This document shows, piece by piece, positions 15,433 to 24,296 of a stretch of DNA of 37,622 nucleotides (positions are counted from its first letter, which is position 1; every line of letters begins with the position of its first letter). The position numbers and the translations under genes were made by a program. Under the pieces are notes generated by a model. It was not told where the DNA came from. It saw nothing but the letters and a program-made list of their open reading frames with translations, and did not search any database. This stretch comes from a virus (lineage: Duplodnaviria; Caudoviricetes). Location: IMG/VR virus record IMGVR_UViG_3300037046_000298, positions 1 through 37,622 of that record. One strand, given 5' to 3'.

Positions 15433-16838
15433 CGCAGACTGACATCTTCGGCGACGGCCGCGCAATCGTCCACCAGGGCGACTGCCTCGCCGTCCTCACA
15501 TCCATGCCGGAGGCCTGGGCGGACACTGTCATCACCGACCCGCCATATGAACTCGCCTTCATGGGCCGCAAGTGGGACTCGTCCGGCGTGTCGCTGCGGC
15601 CCGATACGTGGGCGGCCGTCCGCCGCGCGGCCAAGCCGGGGGCCATGCTCCTGGCGTTCGGCGGCACGCGGACGTTCCACCGGATCGGCTGCGCAATCGA
15701 GGACGCGGGCTGGCGCCTGATGGATACGATCTTGTGGCTGCGCGGCAGCGGGCTGGTGAAGTCAAAGGACTTCGGCAAGGACATCGGCCGGGCGGCGGGT
15801 GCGGAGGCCGCCGCGACGTGGGACGGGTACGGCACGGGCCTCAAGCCCGCGTGGGAACCGGTCATCCTTGCGATGAACCCGTGTGACGGGACGTATGCCA
15901 ATAACGCCATAACCCACGGCGTGGCGGGTCTGCACATCGATGCGTGCAGGGTCTTCTGCGGCGAAGCAAATCCGAGCATTGCGCGGCGGCAATCGGCTTT
16001 GCGGCCGGGGGACGTGTGGCTCCTCGGCGCTCATCGGTTGATGTGCGGCGACTCGACGAAGCCGGACGACGTGGCGCGGCTGATGAACGGAGAGCGGGCG
16101 GGCGTGTGCTTCACCTCTCCCCCATACGCGCAGCAGCGGACCTATGACGAAGCGTCGTCCGGCCCGATAAAGGATTGGGACGCGCTGATGCAGGGCGTGT
16201 TCGGGAATCTCCCGATGGCCGACGACGGGCAGGTCATGGTCAACCTGGGGATGATCCACCGCGACGGCGAGTGGCAGCCGTACTGGTCGGACTGGATCGG
16301 GTGGATGCGGGCGCAGGGCTGGAAGCGATTTGCGTGGTATGTCTGGGACAAGGGGCACTGCGGTTGGAAGGAGGGCAACCGCCTGCCTACCGAACATGAG
16401 TTCGTCTGGCACTTCTGCCGCCGCGAATCCGCGCCCCTGAAGTGCCTGCCGTGCTCCACCGCCGGCGACGTTACCAACGCACCGGCCAGTTACAGCGGGC
16501 CGGACGGCCCGGACAAAAACCGGACGGTTGCCTATCGCAACAACCCGACGAAATGCGGCGGGTCCGTGTGCCATGCGTACCGCAACCCGGGCGCGGGCAT
16601 CGACCATCCGGCGGCTTACCCCGTCGCCCTGCCTCTGTATTTCGCGGCGCACTGGCCCGGCCTGATCTACGAGCCGTTTGCCGGGTCCGGCACAACCCTG
16701 ATCGCGGCCGAGCGACTGGGCCGCGTGGCCTGTGGCATGGAGATAAGCCCGGCGTATTGCGACGTGGCTGTCCGTCGATGGGAAGAGTTCTCGGGCCAAA
16801 AGGCCACACGGGCGGCGGCGCTCAAGCGGGGAAGGTAG
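15429..16838 (+). CDS. Chimeric N6/N4 (beta-class) DNA methyltransferase with two catalytic motifs
   Basis: GDC..VITDPPY..KPG..LKPAWEP (first half), then RPGDVWLLGAHRLMCGDST..FTSPPY..HPAAYP..YEPFAGSGTT..EISPAYCDV (second, complete MTase). Confidence 0.88.
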   Translation: MTQTDIFGDGRAIVHQGDCLAVLTSMPEAWADTVITDPPYELAFMGRKWDSSGVSLRPDTWAAVRRAAKPGAMLLAFGGTRTFHRIGCAIEDAGWRLMDTILWLRGSGLVKSKDFGKDIGRAAGAEAAATWDGYGTGLKPAWEPVILAMNPCDGTYANNAITHGVAGLHIDACRVFCGEANPSIARRQSALRPGDVWLLGAHRLMCGDSTKPDDVARLMNGERAGVCFTSPPYAQQRTYDEASSGPIKDWDALMQGVFGNLPMADDGQVMVNLGMIHRDGEWQPYWSDWIGWMRAQGWKRFAWYVWDKGHCGWKEGNRLPTEHEFVWHFCRRESAPLKCLPCSTAGDVTNAPASYSGPDGPDKNRTVAYRNNPTKCGGSVCHAYRNPGAGIDHPAAYPVALPLYFAAHWPGLIYEPFAGSGTTLIAAERLGRVACGMEISPAYCDVAVRRWEEFSGQKATRAAALKRGR

Positions 16839-16841
16839 CCA

Positions 16842-17210
16842 GTGGCAAAACGTCGGCGCAGCGACGCGGAGTCCAGGACGCGGCAGGCCGTCGCCGCCCT
16901 CGTGGCGGCGGCGGGCCAGGGCCGCGCGGACCTCGGCTGGCTCGACGCCGCCATCCGCGAGGCGGGGTACGTCCGCAAGGGCGAGCGGATGACCAAGGAC
17001 GAGGTTGCACGCGAGCGGGCCGACGCGGCCGCGGCGATGGTGGCCGTGCTCGAGGAAGTGGCGGCGGCGTGCGGCGCGACGTGCGGCACGCATATCGTCA
17101 GCCGCATACAAGAGGGCGTCGCTCGCATTGCTCAGACGCCGGCGGCCGAGGCCGTCGCCGCCGCCGCGCCTGGCCGAGGCCGCACCGGCCGGAAAGGGGC
17201 CAAGGCATGA
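16842..17210 (+). CDS. Hypothetical helical protein, possible terminase small subunit
   Basis: Position only: directly upstream of, and ATGA-coupled to, the large subunit. Confidence 0.45.
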   Translation: MAKRRRSDAESRTRQAVAALVAAAGQGRADLGWLDAAIREAGYVRKGERMTKDEVARERADAAAAMVAVLEEVAAACGATCGTHIVSRIQEGVARIAQTPAAEAVAAAAPGRGRTGRKGAKA

Positions 17211-19336
17211 ACGGCGTCCTGGCCGAAATCGCACGGCGTCTCGCGCGGATGCCCCGTCGCCGGGGCATGGCGGCCGGCCTCGCCGCCGATTACGCGGGGC
17301 ACCGCGAGGGCGCCGCCCTGCGGTCCCGCCGCATGGCGGCCGCCGGGTCGGAGATCGGCGAGTTGCCGCCTCCGGCCGACCCGGCCCGCCGCGAGCGGGC
17401 GACGGGCAGCCTCAAGGTCTTCGCCGAGATGTACTTCGCGCGGGTCTTCTACCGCCCGTGGTCAAGGTTCCACCTCAAGGCGCTGGCCCGCCTGCAGCGC
17501 GCCATCGACCGCGGCGGATGCTACGTCCTGGCCTGGCCGCGGGGCGGGGGCAAGTCGGCGCTCATGCGGACGGCGGCGCTGTGGGCGGTCCTGACGGGCC
17601 GGCGGCGGTACGTCGCCCTCATCGCGGCCAGCGCCCCGAAGGCCCACGCGGAACTGGCGAAGATCAAGGCGGCGTGCGAAACCAACGAGACGCTCATCGA
17701 CGACTGGCCGGAGGCCCTCTACCCCGTGGCGTGCCTCGAGCGCGTGGCGCAGCGGCAGCGGGCGCAAAAGTGCATGGGCGTACATACCCGCATACAGTGG
17801 CTTGACAACCTGATCGTCATGCCGACGATCCCGAACTCGCCGTCGTCCGGGAGCGCGATCTACTCGGCGGGCCTCACGGGGGCGGAGGTCCGCGGCCCGT
17901 CGCATTACACGGCCGGGGGCGAGGTCATCCGGCCCGACCTCGCGCTGATCGACGACCCGCAGACGCGGGAGTCGGCGAAGTCGCCCACGCAGACGCAGGA
18001 CCGGCTGGACCTGATCAAGGGCGACGTGCTGGGCCAGGCGGGCGACGGCAAGCCGATGGCGGCGCTCGCGGCCGTAACCGTGATCAAGCCGGCGGACCTG
18101 TCGAGCCGCCTCCTGGACCGCGAGGAGCACCCCGACTGGCAGGGCGAGGTCGTGCCGATGGTCGTGGCGTGGCCGAGCGAAGCGGGGCAGAAACTGTGGG
18201 ACCAGTACGCCCGCATCCGGGCCGAGGACGTGGCCGCCGGCGGCAGCGGGGCGCGGGCGACGGCGTTCTACGCGGAGCACCGGGACGCGATGGACTCAGG
18301 CGTAGCCGTCTCCGACGCGGCCCGCCACTCGGACGGCGAACTGTCGGCGATTCAACATGCGTACAACTGGCGTTGCCGCGTCGGGGACGAGGTGTTCTGG
18401 GCCGAGTACCAGAACGCGCCGAAGGTCGCCGAGTCCGTAAGCGGCGAGGTCACGCCGCTGGCCCGCATCCTCAAGCAACTGTCGGGCCTGCCTCGCGGGA
18501 CCGTGCCGCGCCGCGCGGGGCACGTGACGGCGTTCATCGACGTGGGCAAGAAGATACTTTACTGGATGGCGTGCGCGTGGGCGGACGATTTCACGGGCTG
18601 GATCGTCGATTACGGGACGTACCCGGACCAGGGCCGCTGGCATTTCCGAGGCGACGACGCCCAGCACACGATCCGCCGCAAGCACCAGGGCGTCGTGGAC
18701 GAGGAGGCGGTCCGCCTGGCCATCGAGGCGTGCGGGGCGTGGCTCTTGGGGCGCGACTGGCCCCGCGAGGACGGGCCGCCTCAGCGGGTCGAGCGTCTGC
18801 ACATCGACCGCGGGTACATGCGTCCGAGCGTCGAACTGGCGTGCCGCCGCCTGACGGGCAACGTCCTGCCGTCCGCAGGCCAGGGCGTGGGGCCGGCGCA
18901 GCGGGCGATGAGCGAGTACCGCCGGCGCCCGGGCGAGCGCATCGGCCACTACTGGTGGATGCCCAACGTGCGCGGCACGTCGGAACTCAGGCACGTGCGG
19001 CCGGACACGAACTACTGGAAATCCCTGGTCCACCAGAGGCTTGCGATGGGCCTGGCGGAGAAGGGCGCGCTGTCGCTGCCCGGCCGCAACCCCACGGAGC
19101 ACCAACTGCTGGCCGAGCACCTGACGGCGGAGGTCTGCCATCCGACCTACGGCCGCGACCGGTGGGTCAACGTGTGGACGGAGTTGCCGAATCACGACAA
19201 CCACTGGCTCGACTGCCTCGTCGGCTGCGCCGTGGCCGCCTCGATGCAGGGCGTGCGCGTGGCGAGCGAACAGGAGGCGGCGGCGGAGAAGAAGCCGCGG
19301 CGATTTACGCAGGCGGACCTGCAACGGAGGCGATGA
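17207..19336 (+). CDS. terL: Terminase large subunit (GpA-like)
   Basis: Walker A PRGGGKS, Walker B DLALIDDPQT, nuclease TAFIDV and DNHWLDC; 709 aa. Confidence 0.9.
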   Translation: MNGVLAEIARRLARMPRRRGMAAGLAADYAGHREGAALRSRRMAAAGSEIGELPPPADPARRERATGSLKVFAEMYFARVFYRPWSRFHLKALARLQRAIDRGGCYVLAWPRGGGKSALMRTAALWAVLTGRRRYVALIAASAPKAHAELAKIKAACETNETLIDDWPEALYPVACLERVAQRQRAQKCMGVHTRIQWLDNLIVMPTIPNSPSSGSAIYSAGLTGAEVRGPSHYTAGGEVIRPDLALIDDPQTRESAKSPTQTQDRLDLIKGDVLGQAGDGKPMAALAAVTVIKPADLSSRLLDREEHPDWQGEVVPMVVAWPSEAGQKLWDQYARIRAEDVAAGGSGARATAFYAEHRDAMDSGVAVSDAARHSDGELSAIQHAYNWRCRVGDEVFWAEYQNAPKVAESVSGEVTPLARILKQLSGLPRGTVPRRAGHVTAFIDVGKKILYWMACAWADDFTGWIVDYGTYPDQGRWHFRGDDAQHTIRRKHQGVVDEEAVRLAIEACGAWLLGRDWPREDGPPQRVERLHIDRGYMRPSVELACRRLTGNVLPSAGQGVGPAQRAMSEYRRRPGERIGHYWWMPNVRGTSELRHVRPDTNYWKSLVHQRLAMGLAEKGALSLPGRNPTEHQLLAEHLTAEVCHPTYGRDRWVNVWTELPNHDNHWLDCLVGCAVAASMQGVRVASEQEAAAEKKPRRFTQADLQRRR

Positions 19337-19599
19337 TGCCGAGGCGGTACACATCGGACTGGCGCAGGGCCGACGAGGCCGGATCGCCGGAGGGCCAGGC
19401 CGCGCCGCGCGGCTTTGTCTGCCGCGAGTGCGGCTGCCGGCATTTCGAGGTCCTCTACACCGAGGACCTGGTGGATGGTCGCAAGCGCAGGCGCCGCGCG
19501 TGCCGCAACTGCGGCCGCCGGATCACGACGCAGGAACGCGAGGTTGGAGACGCCAATGCCGCAAAACACGAGCCGGGCGACGCGCCCGATGACGCCTGA
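19333..19599 (+). CDS. Zn-ribbon protein (NrdR-N/Ogr-like), possible late regulator
   Basis: CRECGC.HF.V.YT....RRRRACRNCGRRITTQE. Confidence 0.7.
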   Translation: MMPRRYTSDWRRADEAGSPEGQAAPRGFVCRECGCRHFEVLYTEDLVDGRKRRRRACRNCGRRITTQEREVGDANAAKHEPGDAPDDA

Positions 19600-20089
19600 A
19601 GAGGCGCTCGAACAAGGGCGGCTCTTCGCCGCGCGAACGGGCGCGACCGGGGCCGCCGGGGAGGACGTCGCCCAGGAGTACGCCGTCGCCGCCGTCCTTG
19701 CCCAGGGCAAGGCGCGTCACCCGGCGAACCTGTGGTGTTACCAGTTGACGGCCGGTTGCCGCCGCGCCATGGACGAGACCAGGCGGCAGGCGGGCCTTAT
19801 GGCAGGGGGCGTCGCCCTGAACGGCCACGCCCTGCGCATGGGGGGGCGCGAGGGCGACCCCGCCGACGCCGCGGAGTCCGACGACGACGCCCGCGCCGTG
19901 CGCGAGGCGCTGGCCGCCCTGCCCCCCGTCCGGGCGGCGATGGCCTCGCTCGTCTGCGGGTTCGCGGGCGAGGCGATGAGCGTCCACGCCGCCGGCCGCG
20001 TGCTTGGCCTGTCGCCGCGCGAGGCGACGCGGCACTGGCGTCTGGCGAAGGATTTTCTTCGCGCAACCCTTACCGGTAAGGATTTCTGA
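19556..20089 (+). CDS. Sigma70/ECF-like factor
   Basis: Region 2-like EDVAQE...RRAMDETRRQ; region 4-like VREALAALPP..MSVHAAGRVLGLS.RE...W.LAK..LR. Confidence 0.65.
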   Translation: MPQNTSRATRPMTPEEALEQGRLFAARTGATGAAGEDVAQEYAVAAVLAQGKARHPANLWCYQLTAGCRRAMDETRRQAGLMAGGVALNGHALRMGGREGDPADAAESDDDARAVREALAALPPVRAAMASLVCGFAGEAMSVHAAGRVLGLSPREATRHWRLAKDFLRATLTGKDF

Positions 20090-20173
20090 GGAACTTTTCC
20101 ACATTCTTGCGCAAGTCGCCCCCCGCCGCGCCTTTGTAGTTATAGAGAAGGCGTTTTCGCGGGAGAGCGAGGC

Positions 20174-20383
20174 ATGGCCGACGACACCCTGTCCGACGCA
20201 ATCGAGACCGCCGCCCAGGGACCCGTCGAGGCCCACACGGACCGCGGCGGCGTCCGACAGCATCCCCTTTCCGAGCAGATCGCCGCCGACCGATACATGC
20301 AGGAACGCCGAGGCTCTCGGCGAACCCCTCAACAGCGCCTCAGCGCGATCGTCATGCGCTGCGTGCCGCCGGCGGGGGGCTGA
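20174..20383 (+). CDS. Head-tail joining protein (gpW-like by position)
   Basis: 69 aa immediately before the portal; AQGP....QHPLSEQIAADRY. Confidence 0.6.
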   Translation: MADDTLSDAIETAAQGPVEAHTDRGGVRQHPLSEQIAADRYMQERRGSRRTPQQRLSAIVMRCVPPAGG

Positions 20384-20385
20384 CC

Positions 20386-21891
20386 ATGCCCGCCGCCGAC
20401 GCCAGGCTGACCGCGGCCGTGCGTGCCCTTGAGGCGATATCCGCCTCCGGCCCGTCGCGTCCCCGCTCCGGCCGCTCGCCTCGCCGCCCCCTGGCCCGAT
20501 ACGACGCCGCCCAGACCACGGCCGAAAACCGCCGGCACTGGGCCAACGCGGACGCTTTGTCCGCCGACGCGGATGCGTCGTTCGGGACGCGGCAGATACT
20601 GCGGCAGCGCAGCCGGTACGAGGTCGCCAACAACCCGTGGTATCAGGGCATCCTCCAGACGCTCTCTCACGACCTCATCGGCGTCGGCCCGCGCCTCCAG
20701 ATGCTCACGGGCAGCCGCGACGTTGACGCTGCAATCGAGCGGGAGTTCGGCAAGTGGTGTCGCGCCGTCCGCCTGGCCTCGAAACTCAGGCTCATGCGGG
20801 TGTCCCGCGCCCAGGACGGCGAGGCGTTCGCGCTCTTGCGGACGAACCCCGGCGTCGGCCACGCCGTCTGGCTCGACCTGGCCGTGATCGAGGCCGACCG
20901 CGTCCAGACGCCGGACCTGCGGATGCTCGACGCCGCCGTAGTGGACGGCATGGTCCTGGACGCCAACGGCAACGTCGTTGAGTACCACGTCCTCAAGGAG
21001 CATCCGGGCGGCCCGGGCGGCTGGCAACTGGCGGACTACGAGCACGTGCCCGCCCGCGACATGATCCACTGGTTCCGGCCCGGCCGGCCCGAACAGCACC
21101 GGGGCGTGCCGGAAGTGGCGTCGACGCTCCAGTTGTTCGCGGACCTCCGCCGATACCGCAAGGCCGTGATCGGCGCGGCCGAGCAGGCGGCGTGCTTCGC
21201 GGGCATCCTGCACACCGGCGCGCCTCCGGACGAGGGCGCGGACGTCGTTGACCCGATGGTCGAGTTCGAGCTCGAACGCAACATGCTTCTGACGGCCCCG
21301 ATGGGCTGGGATATGACGCAAGTCAAGGCTGAGCAGCCGACTACTACGCACGACGAGTTCACGATCCGCTGCATCAACGAGGCGGCGAGGCCGTGGTCGA
21401 TGCCTGTCAATATCGCCATGTGCGACTCCAGCCGCCACAACTACGCCTCCGGCCGCCTCGACCACCAGACATACGACCTGATGCTGGAGGTCGAACGCGG
21501 GGACCTGGCCGAGGTCGGTCTCGACAAGATTCTGGACGCGTGGATGGCGGAGGCCGTCCGCGTGGACGACCTGCTGCCGCGCTCCGCGCGCGGAATCGAA
21601 GACTGGCCGCACCAGTGGTTCTGGCGCGGCCGCCCGCACGTGGACCCGGCCAAGGAGGCCAACGCCCAGGAAACCCGCCTGTCCATGAACACGACTACGC
21701 TTGCCCATGAGTACGCACGAGAGGGCCTGGACTGGGAAGAGCAACTGTACCAGCGCGGCCGCGAGGTGCGGATGCTCCGCGACCTGGGCCTGTCGGACGG
21801 ACAGACGGCGACGCCCGGCGGGCGCGAGACGCCGCGACGACGCGACGTGCCGGCCGCCGTCCAGCCTGAGAAGTCGGGGAGGACGCGCTGA
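20386..21891 (+). CDS. Portal protein, lambda family
   Basis: ARYDAA, LRQRSRYEVANNPW, DGEAF, RPEQHRGVP, D.S..NYASGR, HVDPAKEANA, EGLDWEE. Confidence 0.95.
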   Translation: MPAADARLTAAVRALEAISASGPSRPRSGRSPRRPLARYDAAQTTAENRRHWANADALSADADASFGTRQILRQRSRYEVANNPWYQGILQTLSHDLIGVGPRLQMLTGSRDVDAAIEREFGKWCRAVRLASKLRLMRVSRAQDGEAFALLRTNPGVGHAVWLDLAVIEADRVQTPDLRMLDAAVVDGMVLDANGNVVEYHVLKEHPGGPGGWQLADYEHVPARDMIHWFRPGRPEQHRGVPEVASTLQLFADLRRYRKAVIGAAEQAACFAGILHTGAPPDEGADVVDPMVEFELERNMLLTAPMGWDMTQVKAEQPTTTHDEFTIRCINEAARPWSMPVNIAMCDSSRHNYASGRLDHQTYDLMLEVERGDLAEVGLDKILDAWMAEAVRVDDLLPRSARGIEDWPHQWFWRGRPHVDPAKEANAQETRLSMNTTTLAHEYAREGLDWEEQLYQRGREVRMLRDLGLSDGQTATPGGRETPRRRDVPAAVQPEKSGRTR

Positions 21892-24227
21892 TGCCCAGGC
21901 CGCGAGCCGAGGTCCTGACGGACGGATGGGGCTATGGCATTGATATCGAGACGGGCGAACTGTGGATGTACGGCCCCATCGGCGAGTGGTCGCTGGGCCT
22001 GACGCCCGACACGCTGGCCCGCGATCTGAAGCGGACGAAGGCCAAGGCGCTGACCCTCTACCTCAACTCCCCCGGCGGCGACGTGTACGACGGCGTCGCG
22101 ATCCGCAACATGCTCGTCCGCGACGGCCGCCTCAAGACCGTGGTGGTCGACGGGCTGGCCGCGAGCATCGCGTCCGTCGTGGCGACGGCGGGCGAGACGA
22201 TCAGGATGATGCCCGGCACGATGATGATGATCCACGACCCGTGGAGCGTCATCATCGGAGACGCCGCCGAGATGCGCGAGGCCGCCGACTGGCTCGCCAA
22301 GACGGGCGCGGTGCTCGCCGACATATACGCGGCCCGCACCGGGCGCAGCGCCGCCGAGATGCGCCGCCTGATGGTCGCCGAAACGTGGCTGTCGCCGGCG
22401 GAGGCCGTCGAACTGGGCCTCGCCGACGAGGCCGTCGCCGAGGAGGACGCTGCCGCCGCCGCCCTGGCGTCGCGCGCCGCCGCAAGGTTCGACCTGAGCG
22501 TGTTCGCACGTGCGCCGACGGACGGGGGCCGGTTCGTCGCGGCCCCGCGGCCCGATGCCGACGAAACCCCGAAACAGTTCTTCCGCCGGGCGGCCGCCTT
22601 CTACGCGCCCGGCCGTTTCCGAACGAGCGCCGCCACATCCGCGGCCAAGCCCAAGGAGCAACACATGGATTTCAACGCATGGCTGACGAGCAAGGGCCAC
22701 GACCCGGCCGCCCTGGACGAAGCCCGCACGGCCGAACTGAGGGCGGAGTACGACGCGGAGACGGCGCCCGCGATGCCCAAGCCCAAGGCGCGACGCAAGG
22801 CGCCCGCCCCTCCGGCCGATGACGCTGCCACTCCGGCCGACGACGCCGAGACGGACCCCGTGCCCGCGATGCGAGCCCGCGCCGCCGACGAGTTGCGTCG
22901 GCAGGCGGCCCTCGCGGCCGTCCCCGGCATCGAACGCCACCCGTCGATCCTGGCCAGCGCCCTGGCCGAGGGCTGGACCACGGACCGCACCGAACTGGAG
23001 GTCCTCCGGGCGTCCCGCCCGCAGGTCCGGCCCAACGGCGGCGGCAACGAGCCCGGCGTCGGGGCCGTCATGGAGACGAGCCTGTCGCTGCGGGCCGGCG
23101 TCGCCCCGGCCGTCATGGCCGCGCAGCACGGCCAGCGCGTGGTCGACGCCGCGATGGACCGCCGGTTCCGCAACCTCGGTCTCCAGGGCACGGTGCGGTC
23201 GTTCCTCCGCCACCACGGCGCGGACGTGCCGGACGGCGGCCTGGGCAACGACGAGATTCACCGGGCGCTGGAGATCGAGCGCGGCCTGCCTCGCAACGAG
23301 GCCTCGACGATCAGCCTGTCGGGCATTCTCGGCAACGTCGCCAACAAGACCATGCTCGCCGCGTATGCCAGCGTCGAGGCCGTGGTCCCGATGGTCTTCC
23401 GCGTGACCGATGTCAATGACTTCAAGGCGCACACGCGCTACCTGCTGACGATGGGCGGCGACGTGGAAGAGGTCGGGCCGGGCGGGGAAATCAAGCACGG
23501 CACGCTGGGCGAAGAGTCGTACACGCAGCAGATCTCGACGCGCGGCCTGATGCTCGGGCTGACTCGCACCATGATCATCAACGACGACCTGGGCGCGTTC
23601 CTCCAGATCCCGATGCACATGGGCCGCAAGTGCGCCGTCGCCGTCGAGCGCGCGGGCATGACGCTGGTCGCCGGGGCGCAGACCGCCGGCTTCTTCGCCA
23701 GCGGCAACCGCAACCTCGTCACCGGCGCCGGGTCCGCCCTGGCCATCGCCGGCCTGACGGCCAGCGAGGCGACGTTCCTCAACCAGTCCACCGCCGCCTC
23801 CGGGGCGTCCGCCGCCGTCGTGAACAAGGCCGATCCCGTGCTCATCACCCCCGCGATCCTGCTCGTGCCGCCGGCCCTCAAGGTGGTGGCAGAACAGTTG
23901 TACAAGGATACGGTCGTCAACGAGGCCGCGACGGCCGGCAGCCCCAAGCCCAACTCGAACCCGCACGCCGGCAAGTTCAAGCCCGCGTCGTCCCCGTTCC
24001 TCTCGAACGCCGGCATCACCGGCTACTCGACCGCGGCCTGGTATCACCTGGCCGACCCGGCCGACGTTGCGGCCTTCGAGATCGCCTTCCTGCGGGGCCA
24101 GCGCACGCCCACCGTCGAACAGGGCGTGCCCGACTTCAGCACGCTGGGCATCCTGTGGCGATGCTTCTTCGACTTCGGCGTCGCCCGGGCGGACTTCCGC
24201 GGGGCGGTCAAGAACGCCGGCGCATAA
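21891..24227 (+). CDS. ClpP-like prohead protease fused to the major capsid protein
   Basis: LNSPGGDV.DG, VDGLAASIAS, MMIHDP, ETWLS..EAVELGLAD, then NVANK.ML..Y, V.DFK, GEIKHG..GEE, IINDDLGAF, LLVPPAL, FDFGV..DFRG. Confidence 0.92.
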   Translation: MPRPRAEVLTDGWGYGIDIETGELWMYGPIGEWSLGLTPDTLARDLKRTKAKALTLYLNSPGGDVYDGVAIRNMLVRDGRLKTVVVDGLAASIASVVATAGETIRMMPGTMMMIHDPWSVIIGDAAEMREAADWLAKTGAVLADIYAARTGRSAAEMRRLMVAETWLSPAEAVELGLADEAVAEEDAAAAALASRAAARFDLSVFARAPTDGGRFVAAPRPDADETPKQFFRRAAAFYAPGRFRTSAATSAAKPKEQHMDFNAWLTSKGHDPAALDEARTAELRAEYDAETAPAMPKPKARRKAPAPPADDAATPADDAETDPVPAMRARAADELRRQAALAAVPGIERHPSILASALAEGWTTDRTELEVLRASRPQVRPNGGGNEPGVGAVMETSLSLRAGVAPAVMAAQHGQRVVDAAMDRRFRNLGLQGTVRSFLRHHGADVPDGGLGNDEIHRALEIERGLPRNEASTISLSGILGNVANKTMLAAYASVEAVVPMVFRVTDVNDFKAHTRYLLTMGGDVEEVGPGGEIKHGTLGEESYTQQISTRGLMLGLTRTMIINDDLGAFLQIPMHMGRKCAVAVERAGMTLVAGAQTAGFFASGNRNLVTGAGSALAIAGLTASEATFLNQSTAASGASAAVVNKADPVLITPAILLVPPALKVVAEQLYKDTVVNEAATAGSPKPNSNPHAGKFKPASSPFLSNAGITGYSTAAWYHLADPADVAAFEIAFLRGQRTPTVEQGVPDFSTLGILWRCFFDFGVARADFRGAVKNAGA

Positions 24228-24296
24228 CGACCCCGCCGTGCGGGCGACGCCCGACGCGCGAAACCGTGACCAACACTCATTGACAAGGAGCCATAC

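Noticed and set aside
16442-17206. Long N-terminal extensions in the ORF track (terminase from 16442, clamp from 2687, TMP from 30984, etc.)
   Set aside because: They overlap upstream genes. RBS and ATGA coupling support later starts (17207, 3179, 31761).
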